A stretch of DNA of 64,000 nt, from the NCBI GenBank assembly GCA_026026165.1, contig JAPEUD010000094.1, forward strand, positions 1-64,000. The letters are read 5' to 3'. The DNA is from Sarea resinae. Its lineage: Eukaryota. The position numbers and the translations under genes are program-made. Below the pieces are notes generated by a model. It made no database searches. It was not told the origin of the DNA and worked only from the letters and a program-made list of their open reading frames with translations. Within the stretch, counting starts at the first letter, position 1, and every line of letters starts with the position of its first letter. Positions 37,884-50,754 of the stretch are shown here, in pieces.

Positions 37884-40800
37884 CTGGAGTTTCGAGTCGT
37901 TCCTTCGGTTTCGCTCGTGTCTCCCTTTCTGAGGAATGGTGGAGGGCAAATAGCCTCGTGCGCGCTGGCGCGGATGGGGCTGATGCCCTTTCGAATATCT
38001 TGGAGCCAACAATTTTACGACTCCGCTAGCAGCGCGAGCACTGCTATGAACTAAGAGCGGGGCGTAGTAAACAATCAATCCTGAGTGCGAAGTCGGTCTT
38101 GTATCAGTACTGTAGATTGACGAGTTATCCGCCAGGTATTCAGACGAATATCGTGGTGCCGAATGATTTCGCGGTTACGGCTAGAACTGGCGGCGAAGAT
38201 TTGTCGTTTTGAATTGATGATGAAAGTGAGTGGGAGAAATCAGAGACCCTAGGGCGAGCGAGGTGATGCAAGGGGCAGCTCTAGGAACCAAGCGGAACCA
38301 CAAAGGGAAGAGAGAATCCGTCAGAAGTCAATGCGGGATGGGGAAAGGCCAGGACGCGCGAGAAAAATGGGAGTCAATCGAAGAACTCGCTCGGGTCGCG
38401 GGGCTTAGGATCGCTGGGCGCTGTGTTTATGCGTTGGCATCTGATCAGTCGGCGCCCAATCAACAAAATATGTAAGGTGACGACAGGCGAGTGGAGCGGG
38501 AAACGAGGAGGCGAGCGACTTACTACGGTAGGGGCTGCAATGGAAGAAAAGCTGTGAGCCCGATGAGGCGAGGCTTTAGTTAGCTACTTTCAACGATGCC
38601 CGGCCGCAATGCCTCGCCTTGCCGCTGCCTTAATTTTCCCTTGCGGGTAGCTAGCGCAGCCTAACCCTGCTGGCGCCGCCGCTATGAAATTGCTGCCCGG
38701 CAATGAGATCGTTGGTAGCAGAGGAGATCCGTCGATAGCTAGCTGATGTCCAATTTAGGACTGCGAGAAAAGGAAAGAGGTTCCGACTCGAGAACAGGGA
38801 GCGGAAGTATGATTGCATGACGTACCAGAAGATGGAGAAAACCAGGATGAGGTTTAGAATGGGGTACATTCGAGCAGATGAATGGCGGATGGGAAATAAA
38901 TACACAAGGTACGAAGTACTTTGTATTACGATCCCAAGATCCCTTGATGTGGGAGCGCGGTCCACCTCGCAAAGGGGTACCAAGGTTCCTCGGCCAGGTA
39001 TGTACGGAGTACCTGCACCGTATCAGGAATGTCGGACGGGTACAGCACCAGGCACTACCCAATTGCGTGAGCGTTAGCATCCATGGATGTCAGGCCCTGG
39101 CCAATTCCAACCTAAGGTAGGTAAAGTATGAAATCGCTCAAGGAGAGACACTCCTTACCTTGAAGAGCCGCTTAGGCCTTGGTCAAGAACCGGCGTCGAA
39201 TTGAGAGTATCGACTTGCTTGATATGTCGCAGGCCGAGCAAGACAAGGTCGGAGAGATGAGGTGAATGATGATACCCAAGGCCGGTATACAGGGCACCTC
39301 CTTATGTACTGCGTAGGAGGTAAGGTAGGTAGGTTGGTACGTTGTGTGTTGTGTTCGATGTGTTTCAGTTGAGGGTCGGTTAAGTGGATGATGAAAGTCG
39401 ATGGTGATTTAAGACAGGAGACCGATAGTTCGATGCAATTGATGGCACCTATTTGTGTGATTTCGGTTGACAACGACACCTCACTACTGACGATGATGAC
39501 GACGATGACGATAAGGATGCGAAGGCGGTCCTTCTTTCAGGGCTTCTTTCTGATGCGTGCTCGATATTGCTCTCGAATTCGATACTTTCGACTTGCGTAT
39601 GGGTACATTCGGGCGTTCTCGGCTAGCAGCCTAACTTGGTAAGGCACGCAAGGCACGTGTAAAGAGAATAATATTGCTGCTGATGCAACTGAGAGAGGTA
39701 CTGCGCAGTAGGTAAGGTAGGTGGATGAGGTGGATCCAATGTTCGCAATTGGAAGAGGGACTGTTGAGCTATTAATATGGACGGCTCTCAAAACCCAGAG
39801 CTTCGACAATGGTGATTGCGAGTCAGGAGGTCATATGTGGTGACGATGAACTCTCGAGATGCTTGATCCTGATCTTAAATCTCTGGACGTTACCTTGTTC
39901 ACTTCATCGCTGTACAAAGGAAGAGTCATATCATTGTACAAATATGAGTCCGGTCTTGCTGTACATACAAGCTAATGTGAGGCACCTCCATGATGTGAAT
40001 AGGTCAGTGGCTACAATCAATGATCTTTCAATCATCGGGTCACCTTGCAGCTACTAGTAGTTCTGCAGCTGGGTGTTCCTTTTCACTCCGTCTATCCAGA
40101 GCACCGAGTCTGCATACTCCGGAGTAGACTGTCACAATAACAGGTAGCTGCTGCGGCCCAAATCGAAGAACAACGAAGAAGGCTGCAGCCAGACGTGTGC
40201 CACGTCTGCGGGTATGCCCGAGGTGTCGGCAGCACGCTAGGGTTTATCCATGGATCCACGTGCAGCAGGAGCCCTACTTCGTACATCCATGGATGTACGA
40301 TGTGCTACCTCCTTACTCGAATGTGTCGAGTAGAATTAGGAGTCCCCAACAGCCGCCTGATAGCTAAAATTCGACCTCGCTGTACGATTGCAGTGATGCT
40401 AGCGAAGCCTAATGCGCTGGCCGGGATCTGACGAAGCTACTATTACAAACCGTCTTGGCCCTAGCTAATTCCGAGCGCCCGTTGTGCAAATTGGTAGTAT
40501 ACCTATCTACCTTACTTGCTTGCTGAAGTGACTACTTACTGACAGCGAAATGCATTCAGGTGGTAGTCGATTTGGCACTGAAATGTTAAAATTTTACTGC
40601 GGAGTATCTCTCTTGACTGTAATAAAAATCAACAAAACCCAATATTCAGAATCAAATATTCGATGTACTACCTAAGGGAGTAGTTACTAGATATGTAAAG
40701 TACCTCCTGAAGTATTTAGTGCACTAGACATCCTTCTTGAGAGGCAGTACGGAGTACGGAGTACTCTAGATCTCCAGGGTAAAACACACTACAGGTACAG

Positions 40801-41068
40801 AAGTAGTAAATAGATGGGCTGCCTCGCATGACCCATGCCAGCCATCTTAGGTACGCACGTCGTGGATAGGACAACCAGTCCTGGGCACTAATCTGTCTAT
40901 CAGGAATTCAGGAGAGCCCAGTGCTTGGTCGGAACAGGTGACGTAGAGTATGTAGGTAGCCATGAGTGATAATCGTTGTCCCGAGTTACCCAACTCGTGA
41001 TCAACAGATGATGCCTCAAAATAGAGCGGCAGGGGTTTGGAGTCCTTGTGGCAGAAATTTGCTGAAGA

Positions 41069-42245
41069 TCATCTCTCTTTAGGTTGAGCATCTCTGTCCA
41101 GTAACTCTTTCGCTGCAATTATCTCGGCTTGATCGTACCCATCCCAGCCATCTTCGCCTGCGGAGCTGCGACGAACAATCTCCACCAGCTTCGAAGTTGC
41201 GCGCTCATTGAGCTTTTGAACTGTTTCTAGGGACGGTGGAGCGAGCTCAGCAAGAGCGGAAGACGATTTAGAACCTTGAGAGAGAAGTGGGAGCAGGCGG
41301 GAGCTTGTCTGAAGCCGCACGTCAATGACAGTACTGCACAAAACCCCAAGAATAGTGACTGACCAGCTTTAGCCCGTAATGACCTCGCAGATAGTCATCA
41401 CAAAGCTCTATACTTCTGCAAAATCGCCGGAGCGACTCTACAAGCGCCCTTCCCTGATTAGAGTCACTGCTGGTCTCGGGAGCGATGGCCAAGGTATATG
41501 CTAATTCCCCCAGGCGAGCGTGAATCTATAGGGTGAAAGTCTGTCAGCAAAAAATGTCTCTTAGCTTACGGAGGACTGCGAGAGAGAATGGTAACACTGA
41601 CATTCCATGCGTTCGGGACTACCAGGAGTATCTCTTCAAGGCAAAATATAGCTCGCGGATACTGGCCTTGTGAATAATACAAGTCAGACAGCTCAGACCA
41701 GGCCTCTACGTCGGTTGGAGATGTGTCTAATAATTTAGTCAAAGCAGTGATTGCCTCGACAGGTTGAGACATGGATCGCAACAGAGCTATGCGTCGTTTG
41801 GCAATGGGCTGTAGCTTGACATCAGCAATTGCTAGCAGGCAAACACCATATCTTCGAAAGACCTCGTACGAACCATATTTGTGGGATCTTGGCTAAGAAC
41901 AGCATCGTATTCCTCTAATATGTGCCGAAGCGCATTCTCGTCTTCAGCCACAGCCTCCTGATACATGCCACGTAGACCCATCACCCGTTCATTATCTACC
42001 CCAAACCGATCACTTAATCGTTCTAGGCATAAACGAGCAGATTCGTCGTCCCCCGTTCTCAAGCATGACAGCATCAGGTTCTCCAATATGATCCATGTCT
42101 CTGGCTTTTCGGTAGCTGGGAAGAGAGGGAGGTGAAGCGATTGCCCTGTCGAGTGCTTTTGGAGAAGGAGGGGAGCTTGCTGTGAAAGACGGAGAGCTTG
42201 AGAGGGTTGTAGCCATGCTGGCGGATCAAGCAGGGCGGATGCCAT
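41069..42245 (-). CDS. EMC2: ER membrane protein complex subunit 2 (TPR protein, Oca3/EMC2), 4 exons
   Basis: LSCLRTGDDESARLCLERLSDRFG, DPTNM/PIAKRRIALL, PTDVEAWSELSDLY, PNAWN/IHARLGE, RRFCRSIELCDDYLRGHYGLKL. Confidence 0.88.
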
Positions 42246-42867
42246 AGCTTGAAAATGGCGTTTGGAAATGTGTAACTTGTTACTGATTTATCGGCGTAAG
42301 CTCATAAGAGGGAAGAATCTCAAACGACGATGGAAAGAAGGTATGGCAAACGGAGCTGGAGGTGTTTCCCTTGTGGAGATGCGCTCACATACTCGTACCT
42401 TATGTCGAAGAGGTGAAGACGAGTAGCAGATACATACATAAGGTAGGTCACAAGTACCGAAATTGAGAGCCCTCGAGATCTGTAAGGAAAGGAGGGTCTT
42501 TACACCTGCCGTAGTCGAAGCACAAAGTATGAGCTACGAGTCGGCCTTACCGAGATACGAAGTAGGTACCCCCATCTGAGGTAGGTTAGATAAAGTCCAG
42601 TATCCTCCAGGCTGCTTCCACCTGCGTGAACACAGTGGAGATCATCACGATCTATCGCATAATTCCGAGACTGTTTAATTGTAAGAACCTTCAGCCTCGC
42701 TATCGGCGTCATTGTGCTGGCCCATCTCCCAAACGGTCTGACAGGACCCGGTCATCCTACAATGACATAGATCTGTCGAGGGCGACCACTGAGGTGCTCA
42801 GGAATGACGGTATCGTTATTGCCCACCATAGCATAAGATCGGTACGGTCTGAAGGCCAGGTCGAAAA

Positions 42868-45800
42868 ATGTATGCAGGGTTCCAATACCCCTTGTCATGT
42901 CAACCAGATCCCGTTTCTGACCGATTTGAGATCTAGGTTCGAGAAATCGTTGTATGACCTCATTCGAGGTCTACGAAACCACAAGGGCAATGAGAGGGAA
43001 TACATACAGAGCAGCCTGCGCGAATGTAGAGCTGAAATACGCAGTCAGGACATGGGTAGGTTGATTCTTTCAGCCTGCTTGTTGTGTTAGAGGTTGACTA
43101 GATACAGATATCAAGGCCACCGCATTGCTGAAGCTCATATATCTCGAAATGTTTGGTCATGACATGTCATGGGCCTCTTTTCATGTGCTAGAGGTCATGT
43201 CCTCCGCAAAGTATGTTCAAAAAAGGGTCGGCTATCTAGGGGCTGTACAAAGCTTTAGGCCAGATACAGAGGTATTGATGCTTGCTACGAACTTGTTGAA
43301 GAAGGTCTGTGTCTGGTCTCTACGCTCTTTTCCAACTGAAGTGCAAATCTAAGACTCTTTTTACAGGATCTCATGTCCCCTGTAGCTCAGACAGTATCAC
43401 TGCCACTCCTTACAGTACCTCACGTTATTACTCCTTCCCTGGCATTATCTCTCTTGGCAGATATACTTCCCCGTCTAACTCACTCACACCCTGCCATTCG
43501 GAAAAAGACCATAGCTACGTTGTATCGGCTTGCACTAGTCTATCCAGAGACTCTAAGACCTGCCTGGCCAAAAATCAAGGAGCGGTTGATGGACGAAGCC
43601 GAGGATTCTAGCGTTACCGCAGCGATCATCAACGTCGTTTGCGAATTAGGCTGGCGCCGACCGCAAGACTTCTTGGCTCTCGCTCCGCGTTTATTTGATT
43701 TACTTGTCGAGGGTGGTAATAATTGGATGGCCATAAAGATAATCAAGCTTGTTCGTCTCTCCAAATTGAGCTCTAAGCTTTGTGACTGACTAATTTGCAG
43801 TTCGCCACGCTAACTCCTTTGGAACCTCGTCTTGTCCGCAAATTACTCCCTCCTCTCACTACCATCATTCGCACTACTCCTGCTATGTCACTTTTGTACG
43901 AATGCATCAACGGCATCATACAAGGAGGTATACTTGAGGGTGCTGAAGGTACTAAGGAGGGGGATGATGTTGCTTCTCTGTGTGTCGGAAAGCTTAGGGG
44001 AATGATAGTTGTGGAAGGAGACCCGAATTGTTTGTTTAATCTCATCCATTTTCGTTGCCCATTACTATACTAAATTTGATCACAGTGAAGTATGTCGCCC
44101 TGCTTGCTTTCAATAAAATCGTCACTTCGCATCCGCATCTGGTGTCACTTCATCAGGACGTGATATTGCATTGTATCGATGACGCCGATATATCCATCCG
44201 AATGCGCGCCTTGGATTTGGTGGTGGGGATGGTCAACGCAGAAAACCTGGCCTCCGTAATTGGCCGATTGATGCGACAACTACGTAATTCTCCTTCTGTC
44301 CCATCTGCAGGAGATCCTACAAACGATCGGGGGTCTTACTCCGGCATACAGCCTGCTGCAGACTCTGAAGATGAGGATCCCGAGGAGAGTCTACGTCCTG
44401 CCGAGAAGAAGTCGGATCAGCCTCCTCCTTTACCAGACGATTACAAAATCGCAGTGCTTCGGAGGATCCTCGAAATGTGCTCGCGAGACACTTACGCTAA
44501 CGTTTCTGACTTTGAGTGGTATATCGACATCCTCGTTCAATTAGTAAAGTATTGTCCAGCCTTCAGTTCCGAGACTGGTAGCCGAGATGCTCAAGGTGGC
44601 TTCGATGATACGACATTTCTAGGCCAGGAAGAAGACGTTTCACATGATATAGGTTCTGAATTGCGCAACGTCGCTGTTCGTGTTCGAGCCGTCAGACAGG
44701 AGGCAACAGCAGCTGCCGACGCTCTAGTATCTGTCGATCGAAGGGCACAACTATTTCCTTCCTCTGGCAAAGGTGGTCAAGGTATTCTTTCCGCGGCCGT
44801 TTGGATCGTTGGAGAGTACGCAGAACACTTGCATGACGCCGGGGTCACTTTAGACTCTCTGATCCATCCGTCAAATTTGACTTTGCCGCCGTCTATCATG
44901 TCCGCATACCTTCAGGCTATCCCAAAAGTTATTGCTAAACGAGTACATCAATATCAAGGATCATATGAGCTTCAGAACAAGCCAATGATATCACTCCTCA
45001 TGGCTAGGGTCATTCATTTTCTAGAGCCTTTAGCTGTGCATCCCAGCTTAGAGATACAGGAGCGATCCGTCGAGTTTCTTGAGCTCATGCGACTTGCCGC
45101 GGAGGCCGTGAGTGGAGAAGAATGCTCTGAGGATAATTGGCAAGTGCCTTTGCTTTTGACCCAAGCATTGCCTTCTCTATTTGCTGGCTTGGAATTGAAC
45201 CCAGTGGCACCGGGTGCGCAGAACAAGGTCCCTTTGCCAGACGACATTGACCTTGACGCGGCCATAAATCCAAATCTGGCCGTCATCCTACGAGTCTCTG
45301 AGCTTGAGCCGATGGCGGTCGACAGTGAATTCCAGCGTTTCTATCAGCAGCGTCCATCTCGCATCAACAAGGAGCCGTCTGCGGCGAGCCGACTTGAGCC
45401 TGGTGGACAAGAAATACACTCTTACCAAAAGGATCCTGAGGAGAACTACCTTGCCGCTGAAACCAAAATACAGGAACGTAGGGAAAGGAATAAGGATGAT
45501 CCCTTTTACATCCCTAGTGAAGAACCTTTGTCCGAGGCTTCTACGTCGCTCCATAGCATCCTCCGAAACAGCAATGGCAACGAGCTCGACATCGAAGCGA
45601 TTCCAATCATGGATCTAGACCTCGGGACGCCGATCCCTGAAGGTAGTCCCAGGCCTCCCATTGACAATCCCCTTTCGAAGCGCAAACATGGAGTGCGAAA
45701 GCGCTACGACATCGCATTGGACGAGAACATCGCTTCGATTGACTCATCGTCAGCCCTGGCGTCAAATGATGAGTTGGACAGGGAGTCAGACGAGACTTCG

Positions 45801-46205
45801 AGCTATAAGCATCCTCGCGGAAAGAAAACTCTATTGCAGGTGGACTCTAGCGGTCTCGGTCGATTCTCGTTCGAGAACGGAGGACAGGGAGGCTCTCGTG
45901 TTGAAGTGAATGCTATAGGTACACAGGAGGATGAAGTCGAAATGGCAAGGGCCATGCGAGAAGTGGAACGACTACGTCTAGAAATGCAGCGCGCTTCCGA
46001 GCGGATCGAAGCTGCAAAGGAAGTACCACCGGAGGGTACTGTAGTGAAGAAGAAGAAGAAGAAGAAGAAGGAGAAGCTAAGGCAACCTAAAGCTTCTCTA
46101 GGGGAAAAAAGTGTAGCAGGGCAGCTAGTTGGTAGTAGCGAACCCGAGCCTGCAAAAGTAAAAAAGAAGAAGAAGAAGAAGAAGGTTGAAGTAGAAAGTG
46201 TCTAA
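42868..46205 (+). CDS. APL5: AP-3 adaptor complex subunit delta, multi-exon
   Basis: AT/G split by intron 42870-42936 gives MFEKSLYDLIRGLRNHKG. Further exons give WASFHVLEVMSS, KRVGYLGA, NNWMAIKIIKL, LTPLEPRLVRKL, EIQERSVEF, and a Lys-rich C-terminus. Confidence 0.95.
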
Positions 46206-46990
46206 ACTAGACTATATATTACATAGGAAGCAAAACTCTATACTTTAGCTGTGAGGAATTATCTGCTTTACTCTTATAGATCTAGTAAAGACTTTTATAC
46301 CTGTTATAGTATAGTATAACTTATAGTAGTAAATACTTAATATATCTAAAGAAATTGTAAGGGTTACTAGAAAGGGGTTTGTATTATAGTGATGTAGGCA
46401 GCTTGCTAGCGTGCTAGGTAGCTACAGTATAGAATTTAGTAACACTTAGGTAGGCTAAGTAAGAGTATTACTTACAAAGTAGATTAAGTACAAAGTAGAT
46501 TAATAGACGCGCTAGCTGCTAGCTGCTAGTGTTTAGTAGAATTATAGAGTTAGTACTTACTAGCAATTATTATTATCTTTATAGCGCTATATAGATATAG
46601 TAGCACATAGTAATTAAGCTATAGTACACTTTTTATAAGGTAAAGTAATTACTAGCTTACCTAGTTTATCTAATAAGAGGTATAGTACTACCTAAATTAT
46701 TAATTAGAGAAAATCTTATAATACCTAGTACCTAGTAAGACTATAAGAGCCTTACTAAGAGATATTATAATAAGGAAAGTAGGTAAATATTATAGTAGTA
46801 GCTATATATTATAGTTCTAGTAGTACTACTATAGTATAGTAGTAATAATAGCCGAGTAAAATCTACTCGAGAGGACTAGAATGTATCTGTAGACTCTGCT
46901 AATACTCTAGGGTACTTAGAGTAGTACTTATAGATAGCCACTACTAGTAGCTACATTATTCCTAAATTATATTCACAGTGTCTCTACTCC
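46206..46990. mobile_element. short RIP-mutated AT-rich repeat relic of unknown family
   Basis: Abrupt switch to TpA-rich, CpA/TpG-poor sequence with no ORFs. No diagnostic motif recognised. Confidence 0.55.
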
Positions 46991-47066
46991 TACATAAAGG
47001 CATATCCTTAGGCTAATATCGACTACTCTTTTTCCTCTATCATCTCCCTTGCGTGCTCGCAACACC

Positions 47067-48019
47067 ATGGCTCCCTCAAATCTCCTTAGTTTGTGGGTTT
47101 GATGCACGGCATCCGATATGTCTGACTTGCTAATGCGCAGCGCCTGCTTTATGAAGACTACTCGTCGTAATGACGTTCGTCTCTTACATCCCTCAATATC
47201 ACCGCCTGCTCACCTTGGGCTCATCAAGCGGTCTCTCGGTCGCCAGCGTCCTCACTACGACAATGGTGGCTCAAGTCCAAACGGCTACCATGTACTATCT
47301 CTTTAAATCGGCACCGCTCATGGAATACGATATTCCGATCGCCACGCCACCTTCTACCCGCGATTGGCTCAATCTCTCCCAGATCCTCATCCAGTGGATT
47401 TGCTCGCTACTTCTGTACGTCATACGTAAATGACGATTGTTTATTTTGTAGACTAAACTAAAACTTCAATAGCTTGGCGCTAGTCATCTATCTACCCACT
47501 TCAACCATCAGCCCTGCTCCCGCTGTCCTTTCTAAAAAGGTGGCAGTACTGCTTTGGATCTTGCACGTGCTCTTGTTCATCCTTTCTGTCGCCGCTGGAG
47601 GTCGGCCGCAGGACGTGATCTTCAATATTATACGCAACATCAATGCAGACATCATCAATCCTCTCTTCACCCTCATAGCCGCTGTCGCCTTCTTCTTTCA
47701 GGCTCGTGTTATGCCACCCGTGGGTCAACCGAACGGTTTGAGCAAGTGGACACTTGGTCTTCATTTCTTCACATTTCTCCTTCTTGCCATCTCGTGGCCG
47801 TTCAGATTGATTCTTCCCCCTAATATGTGGAAGCTCGGATCAAAGCCAGCTATATTGCTAGAATGGTACCCTTGGGTGGGATGGGCCTGTGTCAACAATG
47901 CTATCCTTGCGATTGGTCAAGGCATAATGCTGCTCCTCTATATCAGTAGAGCGGGGTGTGATGGCACGATTAGGTCTACTGATGAGCGCCGGTCTTTACT
48001 GGGCTCAGAAGAACTCTAA
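47067..48019 (+). CDS. multi-pass membrane protein with PQ-loop-like N-terminus (3 exons)
   Basis: ATG 47067. Intron 47093-47156 joins to LLVVMTFVSYIPQYHRLLTLGSSSGLS. Second intron near 47415-47472. The last exon has several hydrophobic helices. Confidence 0.65.
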
Positions 48020-48356
48020 ATGGGAAGTAGTGTAGTTTCTATATATCTACAGCTATCCTGTGGCTTCTTTTACTCTCGGTGTCTACCTGATATGACCAAG
48101 TCCTACTCACTGCGTGTTTTATTCTGTATTGCATTTGAATATATCCTCAGCTCCCGGCCCTCTAATACTCTTAGGCGTAGGCAACAGACTCCAAGTCTCA
48201 GTAGAAATACATAAGAACAAACCCCTGGTAAAAATAAAGTCCGCATCAAGAAATCCCGGATGGCCTGTCCCAATCTCAAATCCTACACCCCTGTGGTCTG
48301 AAAAGCACTTCAATCTGGAACAACTGCCTCTTGATACCCAATCTGCGATAGGCTGT

Positions 48357-50133
48357 CTAACATGGGAAACAGCAATTCATCTGGTTCTCCGTTGGTAGGT
48401 CTTCCGGGACCAACCCACTATCGCACACGGGCCCGTCGCGAGGATTCCAGCCGCCGACGGAGCATTGTGCTCCTTCGCTCGCCTTATTGCTTTGCCAGCT
48501 CAGACTTCCATAGGTGAATTGAATATAGTCGTTCTCGTGCTCTCCAGTGATGGCGATTGGATTGGGAAGAGGACCTTGTATAGTAGTACCGTTGCCAACG
48601 TTGATTGGGTCACCCAGCCCGTGATTATCGAAATACGACGCTGGCGTCTGGTAGATAACTTTCTTGTTGTTGTCGAGTAGGGTTATGTTTGCGTATAAGT
48701 CATCTGTTTCCGGGTCGCAGTCTTCCCACTCGTCGAGATGGAAGCAGCATGTGCCAGTAGCATAGGCTGGGGGAGGTGGGGGAGTCTTTGTTGGAGCAGC
48801 TGACGAAGTGGTCGCTGTTTTGCTGCCTGCGCCAGCGTCTGAAATATACTGCTGTACGATTGCTTTATATATCGCTTGATGATAAGCCATTTGTGGATGA
48901 AATACCCTCGCGCGGTAGCCAATAACGTCCGACCAAAGATCGAGCTGGTCGGTCACGTTGTCACCTGCTGTCTGATTCAGCTGATTCATGTCAACTTTAG
49001 ACCAGAAATCTTCGAGATAGTCTGTCCAAAGTGTACTATTTTGATCCCAGGTGAGGGTGTTGACGTTGGCCTGCTCGACGCTGTTCAGATACTTAATGGT
49101 GGGGTTCGTCGAATCGTCATTCTGGTTATAGGGATAGTGCCAGAACCGCAGGTTGGGGTTGTTCTCGTCTGGCTCCTTGATGCCCGGCTCGCAGAAGCGG
49201 TGTCCTGTTCCCAGCAAGCCGTCGATATCAATATACTTAACATTGCTTCCACTATTTTGGCTTACAGCCTGCCGAGTCGCAGCATTCAATGTCAGACTCA
49301 TCAAGTTGAAGTCTTGACGCAAATCTGTAGTCATCACGTTGTGTTGCTTGCCATCAGGGTTAGGATTCGCCGTTCTTGCAAAAGTCACAGTATTGCAACC
49401 GGGGTCTTGATCCCTGAAAAAGTGACCATAACCAGTCACATAAAGCCGAAAGCTGTTTCCGCTTGCACCCTGGCCATATTGGACGATCTTCTTGATCACT
49501 GAATCGATCTTGGATACCAAATCATTGCTTGGCGTGTCTTTATCCCCGTCTTGACAGATCAAAGACCATGATAAATCCCTTTGCTCATCGCAAGTACGCT
49601 GCGTGAAACCCGAACTCAAAGGCCATCTTGGCGAGGTGTTGTGTCTCAAATTAAGAAAAATGCGTCTGTTCAACTCACGGAAATCCCTCGATGAGACAAT
49701 TATTCAAGATTCCTGGAAAATCGATGTCGTCTCCGCCAACAGTGAGTGTACCCATTGTGGGTTTACCACTGCTTAGCCTTGGATAGTATTGCCAGTTGGG
49801 TTGACCAGAGGATTGATCGGTAGTATAGAACTGGAATTCTTCTACTTCTGCAGCTTTAGCCCCAGAGCAGACGACGTTGTTCAGCTTGCCTCCTGATCCA
49901 GGGAGCAGGTTGTTTGGGTCATCTTGGATCCACAGGGGGTAAGCTTCCTTATAGCGTAGGCATTGGCGTCCGTCGATATACTGTCCAGTACCAACACCAG
50001 AGGCATATGAGTCGCCCCATGCAGTCCATTCGAAAGAAGGTGCCCTTTCCTGAAGATGAGCCGTCTCGTCAGCATCCACTGTAGGGTAGGCGAGGAGAGG
50101 CGCTGCAAAGAAGAATATGGTAAATATCTTCAT
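48357..50133 (-). CDS. secreted SGNH/GDSL hydrolase with Ser/Thr/Pro linker and Cys-containing C-terminal domain
   Basis: Signal peptide MKIFTIFFFAAPLLA, block I WGDSYASG, CSGA, TVGGDDIDF, VTGY, FHP. The two ORFs are joined by a 52-nt intron 49627-49678 (GTGAGT...CTTAAT...AAG). Confidence 0.85.
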
Positions 50134-50426
50134 GATAGCATAAATGAAAGTGGTAAATTCAATGTGAACGAGCGTGTGTATGGAGGATATCCCCTGTTTT
50201 CTTAGTATATACTGCTAGAGTGGCAGAGACTCGAGCTTTTAAGAAGATGGCTTAAGGCTATGATGAAAAGGAAACGGATTCATACTTTAGGTCAAGATCC
50301 CAGACTTCAAGATGCTGATCTCTATCAAAAAATCACTTGGAAATCACCTTTCATCAAATGATAGCACGTCCTTTCTCTACGTGCTTCATCAATCCCCCAG
50401 GATCAAACACATCTTATTAGGCAGCA

Positions 50427-50754
50427 TGTGTGAGGGCCACTATCGATAGGGGTGCCGTATGCGGCTCGGCGTAGCGCAGGGTAACCACCTAGTGTGGTCC
50501 GGCAACGTTTGGGTAAGCTAAGCAGGGTCATTATTTATATAGATTAATAGGGGCGCTGGCTATTAGGGCTAGCGTTTAGTGCAATTACAAAGTTAGTGCC
50601 TACTAGCAATATTAATTGTATTAGTTCTGCACTACTAGAGTGACACTAGCATGCTATAGCGTACTAGCCTATTTAATTATGCTATTCCTACTTACTCTAC
50701 TATAGCTAGAAGTCTAAGAGGCGAGCTAACAATTCTAAACGCTCTACTAACACA
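50427..50754 (+). repeat. putative 5' LTR of chromoviral Ty3/Gypsy element 1
   Basis: Begins TGTGTGAG and ends CTAACACA (7/8 inverted termini, TG...CA). Followed by GTAGTA, a possible RIP-mutated TGGTA-type primer binding site, and then gag. Coincides with the onset of RIP. Confidence 0.6.

Noticed and set aside
49627..49678. Apparent stop/frameshift splitting the SGNH hydrolase into two ORFs (pseudogene)
   Set aside because: A canonical 52-nt intron removes the TGA and restores the frame (GFP-WPLSSG).
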